Origin: a virus
IMG/VR virus record: IMGVR_UViG_3300045988_150343
Strand: one strand, 5' to 3'
Length of the DNA stretch: 64,000 nt
This document shows, piece by piece, positions 7,309 to 15,799 of the stretch. The position numbers were made by a program, and so were the translations under genes. Numbering within the stretch: position 1 is the stretch's first letter; the number at the start of each line of letters is the position of its first letter. The notes beneath the pieces are model-generated. The model was given only the letters and a program-made list of their open reading frames with translations, did no database searches and was not told the DNA's origin.

Positions 7309-7677
7309 TTAGTTGAGAGTGAAGTTTCCAAAAGGTTTTGATTTGTTGATTTCTCGAGCCAATTTCCTAAGAGTTTTGAGTTCAAGGAGAGGGAAAAAGT
7401 GTATCTCTTGGCCTATTATTGAGACCATTGCTCCCTCAGAGACTTCACTGAGAACTTCATTAAGAAGAGTGGCAAGGATTTGTTCTGCAGCCTTAAAGGC
7501 ATTATCCTCGGGTTTGATACAGTCATCTATTATGTAGATGAGTTCTTCAGGAGTTGAATTCTCTTGGTCAAAGGTGACCAGTTTGAGAAGGCCTTCACCC
7601 TGTTTATTTAATCGAGCAGGGTTGCAGGAATAGAATAGCTGAAGCAGCTTCTGAGTCTGGAATACTTCTGGTGTCAT
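7309..7677 (-). CDS. hypothetical protein
   Basis: 122-aa ORF, first gene behind the promoter at 7721-7770. Confidence 0.65.
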   Translation of the reverse strand: MTPEVFQTQKLLQLFYSCNPARLNKQGEGLLKLVTFDQENSTPEELIYIIDDCIKPEDNAFKAAEQILATLLNEVLSEVSEGAMVSIIGQEIHFFPLLELKTLRKLAREINKSKPFGNFTLN

Positions 7678-7720
7678 ATTGAATTATTATTGAATTGAAC
7701 TAATTTTATTTTTCATATTA

Positions 7721-7770
7721 CAAATTTACAATAATAAATTTATATATCCAAATTATATCTGAGCTGGTAG
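7721..7770 (-). promoter_or_regulatory. Bacteroidota-type early promoter with upstream TACCAGCTC element
   Basis: Minus strand reads CTACCAGCTCAGATATAATTTG-20 nt-TAAATTTG. The -7 box is at 7721-7728, the -33 at 7749-7752 and CCAGCTC at 7761-7767. Confidence 0.75.
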
Positions 7771-7972
7771 TGGATGGTATATACACGTAGAAAGAGCTCA
7801 GCCTCCCGGTTGAGCTCTCCTATGAACAAAATTTTGTTCTTTTATGTCAGTTTACACTTATTATATTTTAATATAGTTAATACCTCCTTGGGATAGAAGC
7901 CAAAGGTGGTTTCCCTGGGCTTGATGGGTGAGTTGCTCATGAGCTTGTTTGTTAGTAGTTGTGTTAAAAGGG

Positions 7973-8884
7973 TTATTGAGGAACTAAAAAAGAAGCAGTA
8001 GTAAAATCATCATTATCCTGTTCAGTTTCAGTTTCATAATAGTCTAGTTCGGGATCTTCGGCATCAAGATCTATTCTCTGCTCTATCTCTCTCCGGATTT
8101 GATGCCGTTCTTCTGAAGCTATCTTCATTGCACCTTCATAATCATCGGTTACGGCATTGAGTTCAGCTTTAGAGAAATTTAGGCCTTCTTTAGAAGTGTC
8201 TACGGTCTGTTTAACTGCGCATACTTCGGGGAGTGACTTGAGGTCATATTGGGTCTCAAGGAGTGCAACCTCTTTAGGCCTTTCTATTGCTTGCTCAGCA
8301 TTAACCTGTTGAATAAGAGTACGAGCATCTTCAATAGTAAGGTTGTTCTCGGTATGATTATCTGACTGGTCGATATTGACTTGGAATAGGTTAGTGGTAG
8401 TTCCACCTCCCATAAGAGTACGGATAATCTGAGACATATTTCCAGAAGCCTCTAGTTTTAATTTAAGAGCCTTAGTGAGTTCGGCAGATATAAAGGGTTT
8501 ATAGGAATTACCCTGAGATTCTCGAAGAACATTTACCTGCTGGGCTATTTCCATACGGTCTTCTAGTAACCAAGCAAGTTGTTCTCCAAGTATACCTTGG
8601 AGCATTTCCTTTTGGTGTTCTGGATCCCATATCCTGGAATTGAGGACTTGGTCTCTCATTACTATTCGAATATCTGCAACTTGTACTGATATTGCTTGGG
8701 CAAACTTTTGGATAGGATAGGGTTGCCCGCAGAACATCATATTATTAGCTATCCAGTAATTTATTAAGAACTTCTGAACTTTCTCTAGAACTGCTGGATT
8801 TTTAGAAGAATGGTACTCCATCATCATCTGGGTTAAACCAAATGGACGGGGTATTCTACTGTTGGGGGAGTTTGACTTTGCCAT
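7973..8884 (-). CDS. hypothetical protein with an acidic C-terminus
   Basis: 303-aa ORF with an ATG start. No motif recognised. Confidence 0.7.
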   Translation of the reverse strand: MAKSNSPNSRIPRPFGLTQMMMEYHSSKNPAVLEKVQKFLINYWIANNMMFCGQPYPIQKFAQAISVQVADIRIVMRDQVLNSRIWDPEHQKEMLQGILGEQLAWLLEDRMEIAQQVNVLRESQGNSYKPFISAELTKALKLKLEASGNMSQIIRTLMGGGTTTNLFQVNIDQSDNHTENNLTIEDARTLIQQVNAEQAIERPKEVALLETQYDLKSLPEVCAVKQTVDTSKEGLNFSKAELNAVTDDYEGAMKIASEERHQIRREIEQRIDLDAEDPELDYYETETEQDNDDFTTASFLVPQ

Positions 8885-9161
8885 ATTTGTATTCTAATCT
8901 TATATCATACTGTTCGTAATAACCTAAGAATTTAAGTTTATATTGAATGTAAGCTCCTAAATGGGAAGCGTATAGTTGCATGATATAGTCCTTTTGGTCT
9001 GGTGAGAAGAATATACCAAAGGGTTCTTTGGTATACCGGTCAGCAGTATAACAAGGAAACCAATCCCTGGGGATACCCTCATTGGGTTTAAGGGATATCT
9101 CCCAGGTTTCGGTTAGAACCCTAAATTTCCTTCCTAAAAGGTCAATAATTACTCGGGCCAT
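8856..9161 (-). CDS. hypothetical protein
   Basis: 101-aa ORF with an ATG start. Overlaps the next gene by 29 nt. Confidence 0.55.
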   Translation of the reverse strand: MARVIIDLLGRKFRVLTETWEISLKPNEGIPRDWFPCYTADRYTKEPFGIFFSPDQKDYIMQLYASHLGAYIQYKLKFLGYYEQYDIRLEYKYGKVKLPQQ

Positions 9162-9178
9162 ATATTTTGTCTTGTTGT

Positions 9179-9568
9179 TTAAGGATTAAGCTTAGCCTTG
9201 TTTGCCTTTCGGGCATTCCTCTTGGCAATCCTTTTAAGGATGGCCTCATGTTCCAAAGGAAATCTGGAGGCCCTTTCGGGAAGTATTACGTGGGCATATA
9301 TGTATCCCCAAAAGCGTTTACTTAATCCCTCATGGTCTGCTCTCATCTGAGCTCTTAGCCGGGATATGGCATTAAACTTCTGAAGGAAAGAGGCAACTAT
9401 TTCTCGGAAGCGATGAAATTGCATTTTACCTTCTGAATCAAGGCCCAGTTGGTCATTATCGAGGAAATCTAGAAACTCTTCCTTAAATTGCTCAAGGAAT
9501 TTAATACGGTTAAACTCATAGTTCTCTTCAGCAAGTTTAAAAGTTTTGATATAATCAATGGGTTCCAT
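9179..9568 (-). CDS. hypothetical protein
   Basis: 129-aa ORF, co-oriented. Confidence 0.6.
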   Translation of the reverse strand: MEPIDYIKTFKLAEENYEFNRIKFLEQFKEEFLDFLDNDQLGLDSEGKMQFHRFREIVASFLQKFNAISRLRAQMRADHEGLSKRFWGYIYAHVILPERASRFPLEHEAILKRIAKRNARKANKAKLNP

Positions 9569-10001
9569 AAGAATAAGCGATTGGGGTTAAGCGTGAATTA
9601 CTGGGCACTACCTGAAAGAGGAAACCTTTATTATCCTGGGACTCTACATATTTGGTATAGACGGCATCCTTAAACTTATAGAAGTCTAGAGATGGAGTAC
9701 TATCTGATAAGCCCGTTATGAGAAGAAAATGGTCTGGATTAGTTCTGCTTTTTGGGTTTCTTTTTGAGTTTAGGATAAAAAGACCTTCTGGATGGTAGCG
9801 TCCTGGGATAAGAATGTCCGGATAGTAATCTCTTCTTGGGATAGAGTTGTCTAAGGTAAAATCCAGAGGATTGCTCGGGTTAGGCCGATATCTGTTGGTT
9901 ACGGTAGAGAAGGGTAACTTCTCCGATATAGGGACCAGGTTTTTAAAAAGCCTGAGACCTGAAGTATATATGGGTAGTGCTTCGATAGTTTCTAGGTACA
10001 T
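9555..10001 (-). CDS. hypothetical protein
   Basis: 148-aa ORF, co-oriented. Confidence 0.6.
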   Translation of the reverse strand: MYLETIEALPIYTSGLRLFKNLVPISEKLPFSTVTNRYRPNPSNPLDFTLDNSIPRRDYYPDILIPGRYHPEGLFILNSKRNPKSRTNPDHFLLITGLSDSTPSLDFYKFKDAVYTKYVESQDNKGFLFQVVPSNSRLTPIAYSYGTH

Positions 10002-10005
10002 ATCT

Positions 10006-10305
10006 TTATTTTATTTTGTTAGACTTTCGTGTTCGCTTTTTGGGTTTCTTTTGGGGATAAATATCTCCTATCTCGTCAAGCTTGTCTTGGACTAAGGCTT
10101 TAACGAAAATTCGAATGGGTTTATTGAAGTAGCATAGAATGTTTCCGGGAGTTATATACCTGTCGTATAAAGCAAAGAACTTATTCCTTGTGTTAACCCT
10201 ATAACTACACTGGATAAGATAAGTGGTTATACATCTCTTATGTAATTCTATGTTCTCTTTTTGCCATTTCTCGATTACTTTGGGTGATAATGGGATGTAA
10301 GCCAT
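10006..10305 (-). CDS. hypothetical basic protein
   Basis: 99-aa ORF with a Lys/Arg-rich C-terminus 'QKKPKKRTRKSNKIK'. Confidence 0.55.
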   Translation of the reverse strand: MAYIPLSPKVIEKWQKENIELHKRCITTYLIQCSYRVNTRNKFFALYDRYITPGNILCYFNKPIRIFVKALVQDKLDEIGDIYPQKKPKKRTRKSNKIK

Positions 10306-10320
10306 AATATTATAAAGAAT

Positions 10321-10353
10321 ACCCGAGAGATCTGAGAGATAACCTCTCGGGTA
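10321..10353 (-). terminator. terminator-like hairpin
   Basis: 9-bp stem ACCCGAGAG (10321-10329) pairs with CTCTCGGGT (10345-10353), between the stop of 10368..10901 and the start of 10006..10305. U/T-rich flanks on both sides. Confidence 0.5.
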
Positions 10354-10367
10354 TTATATTTTATAGG

Positions 10368-10901
10368 TTAAACGGCTTGAGCAGGTTTGAGAACTGAGTC
10401 CCGGAATTCCTCGTAGGCTTTCTTGGCCTTTTTGAACTCCTTGGAGTTTTGATCCTGGATACGGAGCATATCCCTTTCAAGAGTGCGGAGTTTGTTTCGG
10501 GTTTTCTGTCTCCAGGTTTTTCTGGAGAGAGTATCAGTTACATCCTCAGGGTAAAGGTATTTTACATCCCGGTGGGAGATAACCTCTTCCATAATAGAAG
10601 GCTTCTGTTGTTTGGCAGTTTCTGTAACTGCCTTGGCTTTAGCAGATTTTTTCTTTTTAAGTTTCACCTCTTTAGTGATTTCAGGAGCGGTTTCTCCTTT
10701 GATCTTTTTGGCCTTTTCGGGAGCAGCCGTTTCTTGAGCAGTTTTCTTAGCCTTAGCTGCTTTGTTTTTCTTAGCCTTCTTTACTTTGGTTTCTGTTGCA
10801 GTTGTGGTAACGAGTTCCTCGATAGGAAGTTCCTGTTTAGCAACTTTGGCCTGGATTGCCTGGGTTGAAGCGATTGCTTCTGGGTTTTGGTTCTGGTTCA
10901 T
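10368..10901 (-). CDS. lysine/alanine-rich low-complexity protein (histone-H1-like composition)
   Basis: 177 aa. Central tract 'KVKKAKKNKAAKAKKTAQETAAPEKAKKIKGE..KLKKKKSAKAKA'. The N-terminus MNQNQN is duplicated from gene 5033..5428. Confidence 0.65.
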   Translation of the reverse strand: MNQNQNPEAIASTQAIQAKVAKQELPIEELVTTTATETKVKKAKKNKAAKAKKTAQETAAPEKAKKIKGETAPEITKEVKLKKKKSAKAKAVTETAKQQKPSIMEEVISHRDVKYLYPEDVTDTLSRKTWRQKTRNKLRTLERDMLRIQDQNSKEFKKAKKAYEEFRDSVLKPAQAV

Positions 10902-10969
10902 CTTTTAAATGTTTTTAAATTAATATTGAATTGAACTATTGTAATTTTTAATTACACTGCAAATATAAC

Positions 10970-11030
10970 GCCTTATTTTGAACTGACCAAATTTTTAACG
11001 AATTATTTTCAAAATTGCCAGAGCGGGTAA
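10970..11030 (-). promoter_or_regulatory. Bacteroidota-type early promoter
   Basis: Minus strand: TTTG (10988-10991) - 20 nt - TATATTTG (10970-10977). A variant upstream element TACCCGCTC lies at 11021-11029. Confidence 0.7.
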
Positions 11031-11047
11031 TGAAGTTCTGTAAAGCG

Positions 11048-11590
11048 TTAGTCTTGGAGGAAGTCGAAGATTTCCGGGGGAAACTCGGATTCATCCTCAG
11101 GATCGGCAAGGTACTCATCCAAACGATCATTGTATTCATCGGCATCACATTTCCGGGAGGAAGTGGATTTTTGGGATGGTGTTGATTGGACTTTGTACTG
11201 CTTCATTCTAGAGTAATTTGAAAGGATATAGTTAAACCTCGCTTCTTCGGTGGGAAGGTATTCATCCATATCCCAAATGTAGGTGCCATTAATTTCGGAA
11301 ATATCGGAAGAGGTTTTCTTTAACCGTACTTCTCCATTAATTAATGTTTGTTGCTCATAGGTTTCCCAATCCCGTCTAGCATCCGAAATAGTAACAACAT
11401 AATGATATTTACCTCTAGCGGGTAAATCATTACTAGCATTTTCCTTGGGTTGCTCAATTGGATACGAAATTGCCTCCTGTTTTGGTGTAACGGGAGGCAA
11501 TGACTTAGGTTGGTTGAGATGGGAAATGCCCCAAGCACCTAATAATACGCATCCACCTAAAAGGAAGGTTTTAGTTACTGAGGCTCCCAT
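11048..11590 (-). CDS. putative lipoprotein
   Basis: 180 aa. The N-terminus 'MGASVTKTFLLGGCVLL' carries the lipobox-like 'LLGGC'. Confidence 0.5.
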   Translation of the reverse strand: MGASVTKTFLLGGCVLLGAWGISHLNQPKSLPPVTPKQEAISYPIEQPKENASNDLPARGKYHYVVTISDARRDWETYEQQTLINGEVRLKKTSSDISEINGTYIWDMDEYLPTEEARFNYILSNYSRMKQYKVQSTPSQKSTSSRKCDADEYNDRLDEYLADPEDESEFPPEIFDFLQD

Positions 11591-11592
11591 GA

Positions 11593-11880
11593 TTACTTCA
11601 AATTAAGGGGTGATTTACAAATGACGTATTCCTTAATGATATCCGAGAAGAACTTCCCTTTGGACTCGGCCTGAAGGAAATTGTTGTAAACGATGGGGTT
11701 TACCTTATACTGGTATACCCATTTGGGCATTTCACCGGGTTTATAGGGTTTGAAAACCAGGTAGAGTCTTTTAGACTTTTCGTCATAGCCTTGGAGGTAA
11801 AGATTTGAGGAGTCTACTTCCTCAAACTTAATCCCCAGAATGCCCGAGAGATGTTGGATTAATTTTTCTGTGGTAACCAT
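11593..11880 (-). CDS. KTSC-domain-like protein
   Basis: 95 aa. The pattern 'VDSSNLYLQGYDEKSKRLYLVF..YQYKVNPIVYNNFLQAESKGKFF' matches the KTSC domain signature (S.i..vgYd....L.v.F..g..Y.Y..Vp..vy..l..A.S.G.yf). Confidence 0.55.
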   Translation of the reverse strand: MVTTEKLIQHLSGILGIKFEEVDSSNLYLQGYDEKSKRLYLVFKPYKPGEMPKWVYQYKVNPIVYNNFLQAESKGKFFSDIIKEYVICKSPLNLK

Positions 11881-12233
11881 ATTAGTTTGATTTCTGGGTG
11901 AAACTTCTTGTACATTTCATCAAAGAGGTCCCACATAGCAATTACTCCATCTACATTGGTTTGAACCCAAGTTTCTTCCATGACGAATAGTATGTGGACG
12001 CATATCCCAAGTTGGTATTCTGGGATCCCGGTGATAGCCTCAGGCATTTCCTTGATAAACTGCCAGTACCTAATTCTTCGATCCAGTACCTCTAAGATAT
12101 CATTGTTATTAAATTCAATGAGTTCGTTAAGTTGGTACTGATCAACTGAATTAGGTACTGCCTTGAGTTTCTCAAAGGAAGTAATCTGGATATCAGCCAG
12201 CTCTTGGATTAATGTTTTTAATTCTTTTTTCAT
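11859..12233 (-). CDS. hypothetical protein (apparently leaderless start)
   Basis: 124-aa ORF. Its ATG (12233-12231) begins 4 nt after the -7 box TAAATTTG (12238-12245). Confidence 0.6.
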   Translation of the reverse strand: MKKELKTLIQELADIQITSFEKLKAVPNSVDQYQLNELIEFNNNDILEVLDRRIRYWQFIKEMPEAITGIPEYQLGICVHILFVMEETWVQTNVDGVIAMWDLFDEMYKKFHPEIKLIWLPQKN

Positions 12234-12237
12234 ATTG

Positions 12238-12287
12238 CAAATTTAATTATTTATTTTATAATATGCAAATTTAATCAGAGCTGGTAG
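12238..12287 (-). promoter_or_regulatory. Bacteroidota-type early promoter with upstream TACCAGCTC element
   Basis: Minus strand reads CTACCAGCTCTGATTAAATTTG-20 nt-TAAATTTGCAATATG. The -7 box is at 12238-12245, the -33 at 12266-12269 and CCAGCTC at 12278-12284. Confidence 0.75.
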
Positions 12288-12297
12288 TAGATAGAAC

Positions 12298-13164
12298 TTA
12301 CTGTGGAAGACATTTAAGATTAGGAACCCGTTCCTTAAGAGTTTCATAAACATTCTTGGGTACCTGAACCTCCCCCGCCCATCTGATGAAGAATTTAGAT
12401 GGAACTTTTTCGGGGTTAAGGAATAGTGCTCGTTGTTCAGCAGAGAACTTAATGCGTTCTGCTTCCTGCATATAAGGAGGCATCTTAGTAAATTCTACCT
12501 GATTAGGAGTGATAGCGGATTTACCCAAAGCGATTCGCAAAGGCTTCTGTCTCTCTCTGTACAAGTATGGTACTACCTTCTTAGAGGGGCCTTCCAGAAT
12601 AGAAAATCCGAAGAGGATAAGAGGATCAAACTTATCAGCTTTTGGGTCTTTTGCTCGTTTTACGCATCTTACCATCCAGGAGAGGGATTTCGGGAACTGG
12701 TGATTACCGTTAGGATCTCCCACATCCTTCTTATTGAATTGGAAGTCTGGGAAGTGAACCAAGAAGTCTTCGGTAAGTATGAATACAAACCCAAGTTCTC
12801 TAAGAGCCTTGATAATCTGGGTCTGGTTCTTCCCCTCATTGTTCATTTGGATTATTTGCTGAAGGATATCCTCTCGGGGGGATTCAATTTCCTTAGCAGC
12901 TGCACCTCCTGTTGAAGGTCTACCCCTACCAGTTACCTCTCGGAGAGGTAGTTCTCCTCGAAGTTGGTCCAGGTATTTTTTGAAGGAGTCTACATCCTGT
13001 TGAGAAGTAAGGGTTACCTCAAATCGGGTAGGTCCTTTATGTACTTGTTTAGGACCGGCATTATATTCAGTATAGGCATCTACCAAGCGATCTCCAAGGA
13101 TTGCTCCATTGTTATCCAGGTGAGTAATTCTTAATTTAGGTTTGAAATTTATATCGTTTGCCAT
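12298..13164 (-). CDS. hypothetical protein
   Basis: 288-aa ORF with an ATG start. No motif recognised. Confidence 0.7.
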   Translation of the reverse strand: MANDINFKPKLRITHLDNNGAILGDRLVDAYTEYNAGPKQVHKGPTRFEVTLTSQQDVDSFKKYLDQLRGELPLREVTGRGRPSTGGAAAKEIESPREDILQQIIQMNNEGKNQTQIIKALRELGFVFILTEDFLVHFPDFQFNKKDVGDPNGNHQFPKSLSWMVRCVKRAKDPKADKFDPLILFGFSILEGPSKKVVPYLYRERQKPLRIALGKSAITPNQVEFTKMPPYMQEAERIKFSAEQRALFLNPEKVPSKFFIRWAGEVQVPKNVYETLKERVPNLKCLPQ

Positions 13165-13266
13165 AGTGTATATTTTACATGAATGAAGGAGATGAGGCTG
13201 GAAACTTCCAAATCCCCACCTCCTTCGGTGAAACTACCTAAACTTAATTAACTTTAATCATTAACT

Positions 13267-13860
13267 TTAATCTTCGTCCTTGGCTTTAGATTTCTTTTTA
13301 TCCTTTTTAGCCTTCTTCTCTTTTAAAGGCTTTTCAGGAACAGCCGGTACTTTTTTAGCAGCCTTAGCCTCCTTTTCCTTTTTGGGTTTTGCTTCGCCTT
13401 TATTAGCGAGGCGACGTTGTTCGGCTCGATACTTTTTCTTTTCATCGGCAGTCATCTCTCGGCCATCGATGAGAGGATAGTTATACTTGGTAGGAGTTGC
13501 AGCCTTAGCCTTTTTCTCCTTTTGAGCCTTTTCAGTTTCCTCTTTCTTAGGGGCTTTAGCCACATTGGCAGTAGCTTCCTTTGCAGCCTTCTTGGCTTTC
13601 TTGGCCTCTTTTTCGGCCTTTTGCTTCTTTTCTTTCATTTTAACTAATTTAGTTTCGTTATGTATGTCATTATAAGGATAGTTATCCAGTACCTTATCCC
13701 GTTCAAGGTTTAACCTAGTGACCAAACGGGTTACTTCTTTGCCATTAACTTTATCCTTTCTCCAGTCTTTCATTGGATTAAGGTTATGCCTCTTAAGATA
13801 ATCTTTAAGAGCATTCTTAGCTTGAAGTAAAGCAGTTGTTTTTGTTTTGGCTGATTCCAT
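13267..13860 (-). CDS. lysine-rich low-complexity protein
   Basis: 197 aa. Long K/A/E tracts such as 'KEKKQKAEKEAKKAKKAAKEA' and 'KPKKEKEAKAAKK..KEKKAKKDKKKSKAKDED'. Confidence 0.65.
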   Translation of the reverse strand: MESAKTKTTALLQAKNALKDYLKRHNLNPMKDWRKDKVNGKEVTRLVTRLNLERDKVLDNYPYNDIHNETKLVKMKEKKQKAEKEAKKAKKAAKEATANVAKAPKKEETEKAQKEKKAKAATPTKYNYPLIDGREMTADEKKKYRAEQRRLANKGEAKPKKEKEAKAAKKVPAVPEKPLKEKKAKKDKKKSKAKDED

Positions 13861-13881
13861 ATAATTGGGATATGTATAATC

Positions 13882-14271
13882 CTATAGTGGGAGTTCCTTT
13901 ATAAAAGTTGGGATTTCCCGGATTTCTAGGATAACTATTTTTGGTCCTTCCCTTGTATCATTCATTTGCCTAACAAAATATTCAAAATCGTCTTGGGATA
14001 TATCCGTAAGAACTGCCCTAAACTTTCTATCGGGTAGACCTGGAAAGGCCTGAATATAGGTAACATCTAGAATATGTCCCTTAAATACAACTAATTTAAT
14101 TGATTGAGTTAAATGCTTAATTCTAGATATCAACTGGTTCCTCCTAATACGGGAGGATTGAGACTTCCCAGGAGAATCCTTATATTGAACTGCCCTGACT
14201 AATTCAGAGGATAATTCATCTAAGGTTTCCTTAAGCCTTAAGATGTAGGTTCTGATGTTTGATTTATCCAT
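13882..14271 (-). CDS. hypothetical protein
   Basis: 129-aa ORF with an ATG start. Confidence 0.6.
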   Translation of the reverse strand: MDKSNIRTYILRLKETLDELSSELVRAVQYKDSPGKSQSSRIRRNQLISRIKHLTQSIKLVVFKGHILDVTYIQAFPGLPDRKFRAVLTDISQDDFEYFVRQMNDTREGPKIVILEIREIPTFIKELPL

Positions 14272-14474
14272 AAAATAGAGAATATTTCTTGTTGAACGGG
14301 TTCAGGTAGTTGTTGGAGTTTCATTTTAAGAAGATAAACAGCCCTATCATGAACATCATAAAAGGCCATCTTATCCTCTTGGGTTTCTAAAACAAAATCC
14401 TCTTGGGTTAATTGCCTTCGGTAAGTTTTAATCAAACAATCCAAAGCAAGTACTTCAATAAGCAGATCTTCCAT
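14238..14474 (-). CDS. hypothetical protein
   Basis: 78-aa ORF. Overlaps the downstream gene by 34 nt. Confidence 0.5.
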   Translation of the reverse strand: MEDLLIEVLALDCLIKTYRRQLTQEDFVLETQEDKMAFYDVHDRAVYLLKMKLQQLPEPVQQEIFSILWINQTSEPTS

Positions 14475-14483
14475 ACCTCTAGA

Positions 14484-14528
14484 AATAAAAAGAGGGAGAG
14501 CCTATCCTCTTTTAGGTGGCTCTCCCTC
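14484..14528 (-). terminator. Rho-independent terminator
   Basis: 11-bp stem GAGGGAGAGCC (14492-14502) pairs with GGCTCTCCCTC (14518-14528). On the minus strand it is followed by CTTTTTATTTC. It lies downstream of the stop of 14570..14986. Confidence 0.7.
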
Positions 14529-14569
14529 GACCTTGATTATTTTATGAGTAAAGTAAGGGTTTTTCGGAT

Positions 14570-14986
14570 TTAGTCCTCACCGGTAATATCCCCCTCCTCG
14601 TCTGAGTCTTCTTCCTCTACCTGGCCCTTTTTGTGTTTAGGTTTAGAGAAATTGCCATGATTCTTCTTCGACTTGATGGTGAGTTCTCCTGGGACGAATG
14701 TTGTGCTGGTTCCGATTACGTTGCCCTCGGCATCAGTAACTACTGAAGTAACCAGGACTCCCATATAGGTACCACCTACCTTAACCGGATGACCGTAGTT
14801 AGTAACTTTGGTACCGTTTGCGCCAAAGATAACATCGATGGATTTCGAGTTAGGTCGCTGCTCGGCAGGACGATTCTTAATTGCTTCGAGACGAGCTTTT
14901 TTCTTTGCAGCCTTCTCTTCAGGAGTCATAACCTTTTTGGTTGATGCCTTAGGGGCATCCTTTTTTGTAGCTTTCTTTGTAGCCAT
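14570..14986 (-). CDS. protein with a Lys-rich N-terminus and an acidic C-terminus
   Basis: 138 aa. N-terminus 'MATKKATKKDAPKASTKKV..KAAKKKARLEA', a Gly/Val/Thr-rich core, and C-terminus 'EEEDSDEEGDITGED'. Confidence 0.65.
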   Translation of the reverse strand: MATKKATKKDAPKASTKKVMTPEEKAAKKKARLEAIKNRPAEQRPNSKSIDVIFGANGTKVTNYGHPVKVGGTYMGVLVTSVVTDAEGNVIGTSTTFVPGELTIKSKKNHGNFSKPKHKKGQVEEEDSDEEGDITGED

Positions 14987-15043
14987 TTTGTGTTGAGTTT
15001 TGTTTAGTTTATAAATATAAGTTAATTGGGTTTAAGTTAAGGA

Positions 15044-15083
15044 AGCTAACCCAACCTTTCGGAAGGATATAGTTGGGTTAGCT
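15044..15083 (-). terminator. terminator-like hairpin
   Basis: 12-bp perfect stem AGCTAACCCAAC (15044-15055) pairs with GTTGGGTTAGCT (15072-15083), downstream of the stop of 15106..15765. Confidence 0.6.
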
Positions 15084-15105
15084 AATTTTAGGAATGAAGT
15101 CTAGA

Positions 15106-15765
15106 TTACTTCTTTCCCTTTTTACCTTTATTGGCTTTAGGAAGAGAAATCCCCATTTCCTTGGCTATTGCCTTGCGGAGCTTCTCTACATCGTCTTCGT
15201 CAAAGTCATCTGGGTCAGTTTCGAGTTCATGATCATCGCATACATCCTCGAGTTCCTCGAAGTCCATATCGGCGAGATCCTCTCCGGTAAGTTCTTCGTC
15301 GGAGTCGTCGTCTTCTTCTTCCTCCTCGTCTTCGTCGGAGTCGTCGTCGTCTTCTTCCTCCTCCTCGTCTTCGTCGGAGTCTTCATCATCTTCTTCCTCC
15401 TCGTCTTCGTCTTCTTCGTCTTCGTCTTCGTCGTCTTCTTCGTCTTCGTCTTCGTCGGAGTCTTCGTCGTCTTCTTCGTCTTCGTCGGAGTCGTCGTCTT
15501 CCTCCTCGTCGGAGTCGTCGTCTTCCTCCTCGTCGTCTTCGTCCTCGTCGTCTTCGTCCTCGTCGTCCTCGTCGTCTTCGTCCTCGTCGTCGTCGGAGTC
15601 TTCGTCGGAACCGAAGAAAGAAGATACCTGTTCTGCAGTAAGTTTAATAGGATTAGGTATAAACTGAAGAGTACCATCTTCGAATTTGATGATAACTCCG
15701 CCCTCAACTTCCAGGCGTTCTACTTCAGCAACTGCTGCCTTCTTTTCTGTTTTTTTCTTTGCCAT
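15106..15765 (-). CDS. extreme poly-Asp/Glu protein
   Basis: 219 aa. A basic N-terminus 'MAKKKTEKK' precedes a small globular-looking segment, then ~105 consecutive residues that are almost entirely D/E/S, and a basic C-terminal tail 'KANKGKKGKK'. This frame is the one that fits the co-oriented gene chain and has an ATG start. Confidence 0.7.
   Translation of the reverse strand: MAKKKTEKKAAVAEVERLEVEGGVIIKFEDGTLQFIPNPIKLTAEQVSSFFGSDEDSDDDEDEDDEDDEDEDDEDEDDEEEDDDSDEEEDDDSDEDEEDDEDSDEDEDEEDDEDEDEEDEDEEEEDDEDSDEDEEEEEDDDDSDEDEEEEEDDDSDEELTGEDLADMDFEELEDVCDDHELETDPDDFDEDDVEKLRKAIAKEMGISLPKANKGKKGKK
15292..15609. repeat. low-complexity GAC/GAA/GAG-codon tract with cryptic internal duplications
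   Basis: + strand GTCTTCGTC / TCGTCGGAGTCGTCGTC units recur throughout. Several frames are open on both strands, which explains track ORFs 15094..15780(+) and 15186..15707(-). Confidence 0.8.
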
Positions 15766-15799
15766 TTCTGTATGGTTTAAAATGTTAATATATGGTTTA

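Noticed and set aside
15094-15780. A 228-aa plus-strand ORF and a 173-aa minus-strand ORF (15186..15707) overlapping the poly-acidic gene.
   Set aside because: These are artefacts of the GAC/GAA/GAG low-complexity tract, which lacks stop codons in several frames. Their products are poly-Val/Phe or poly-Thr/Lys/Arg strings. Only the D/E frame fits the co-oriented gene chain, with an ATG start and defined unique termini.
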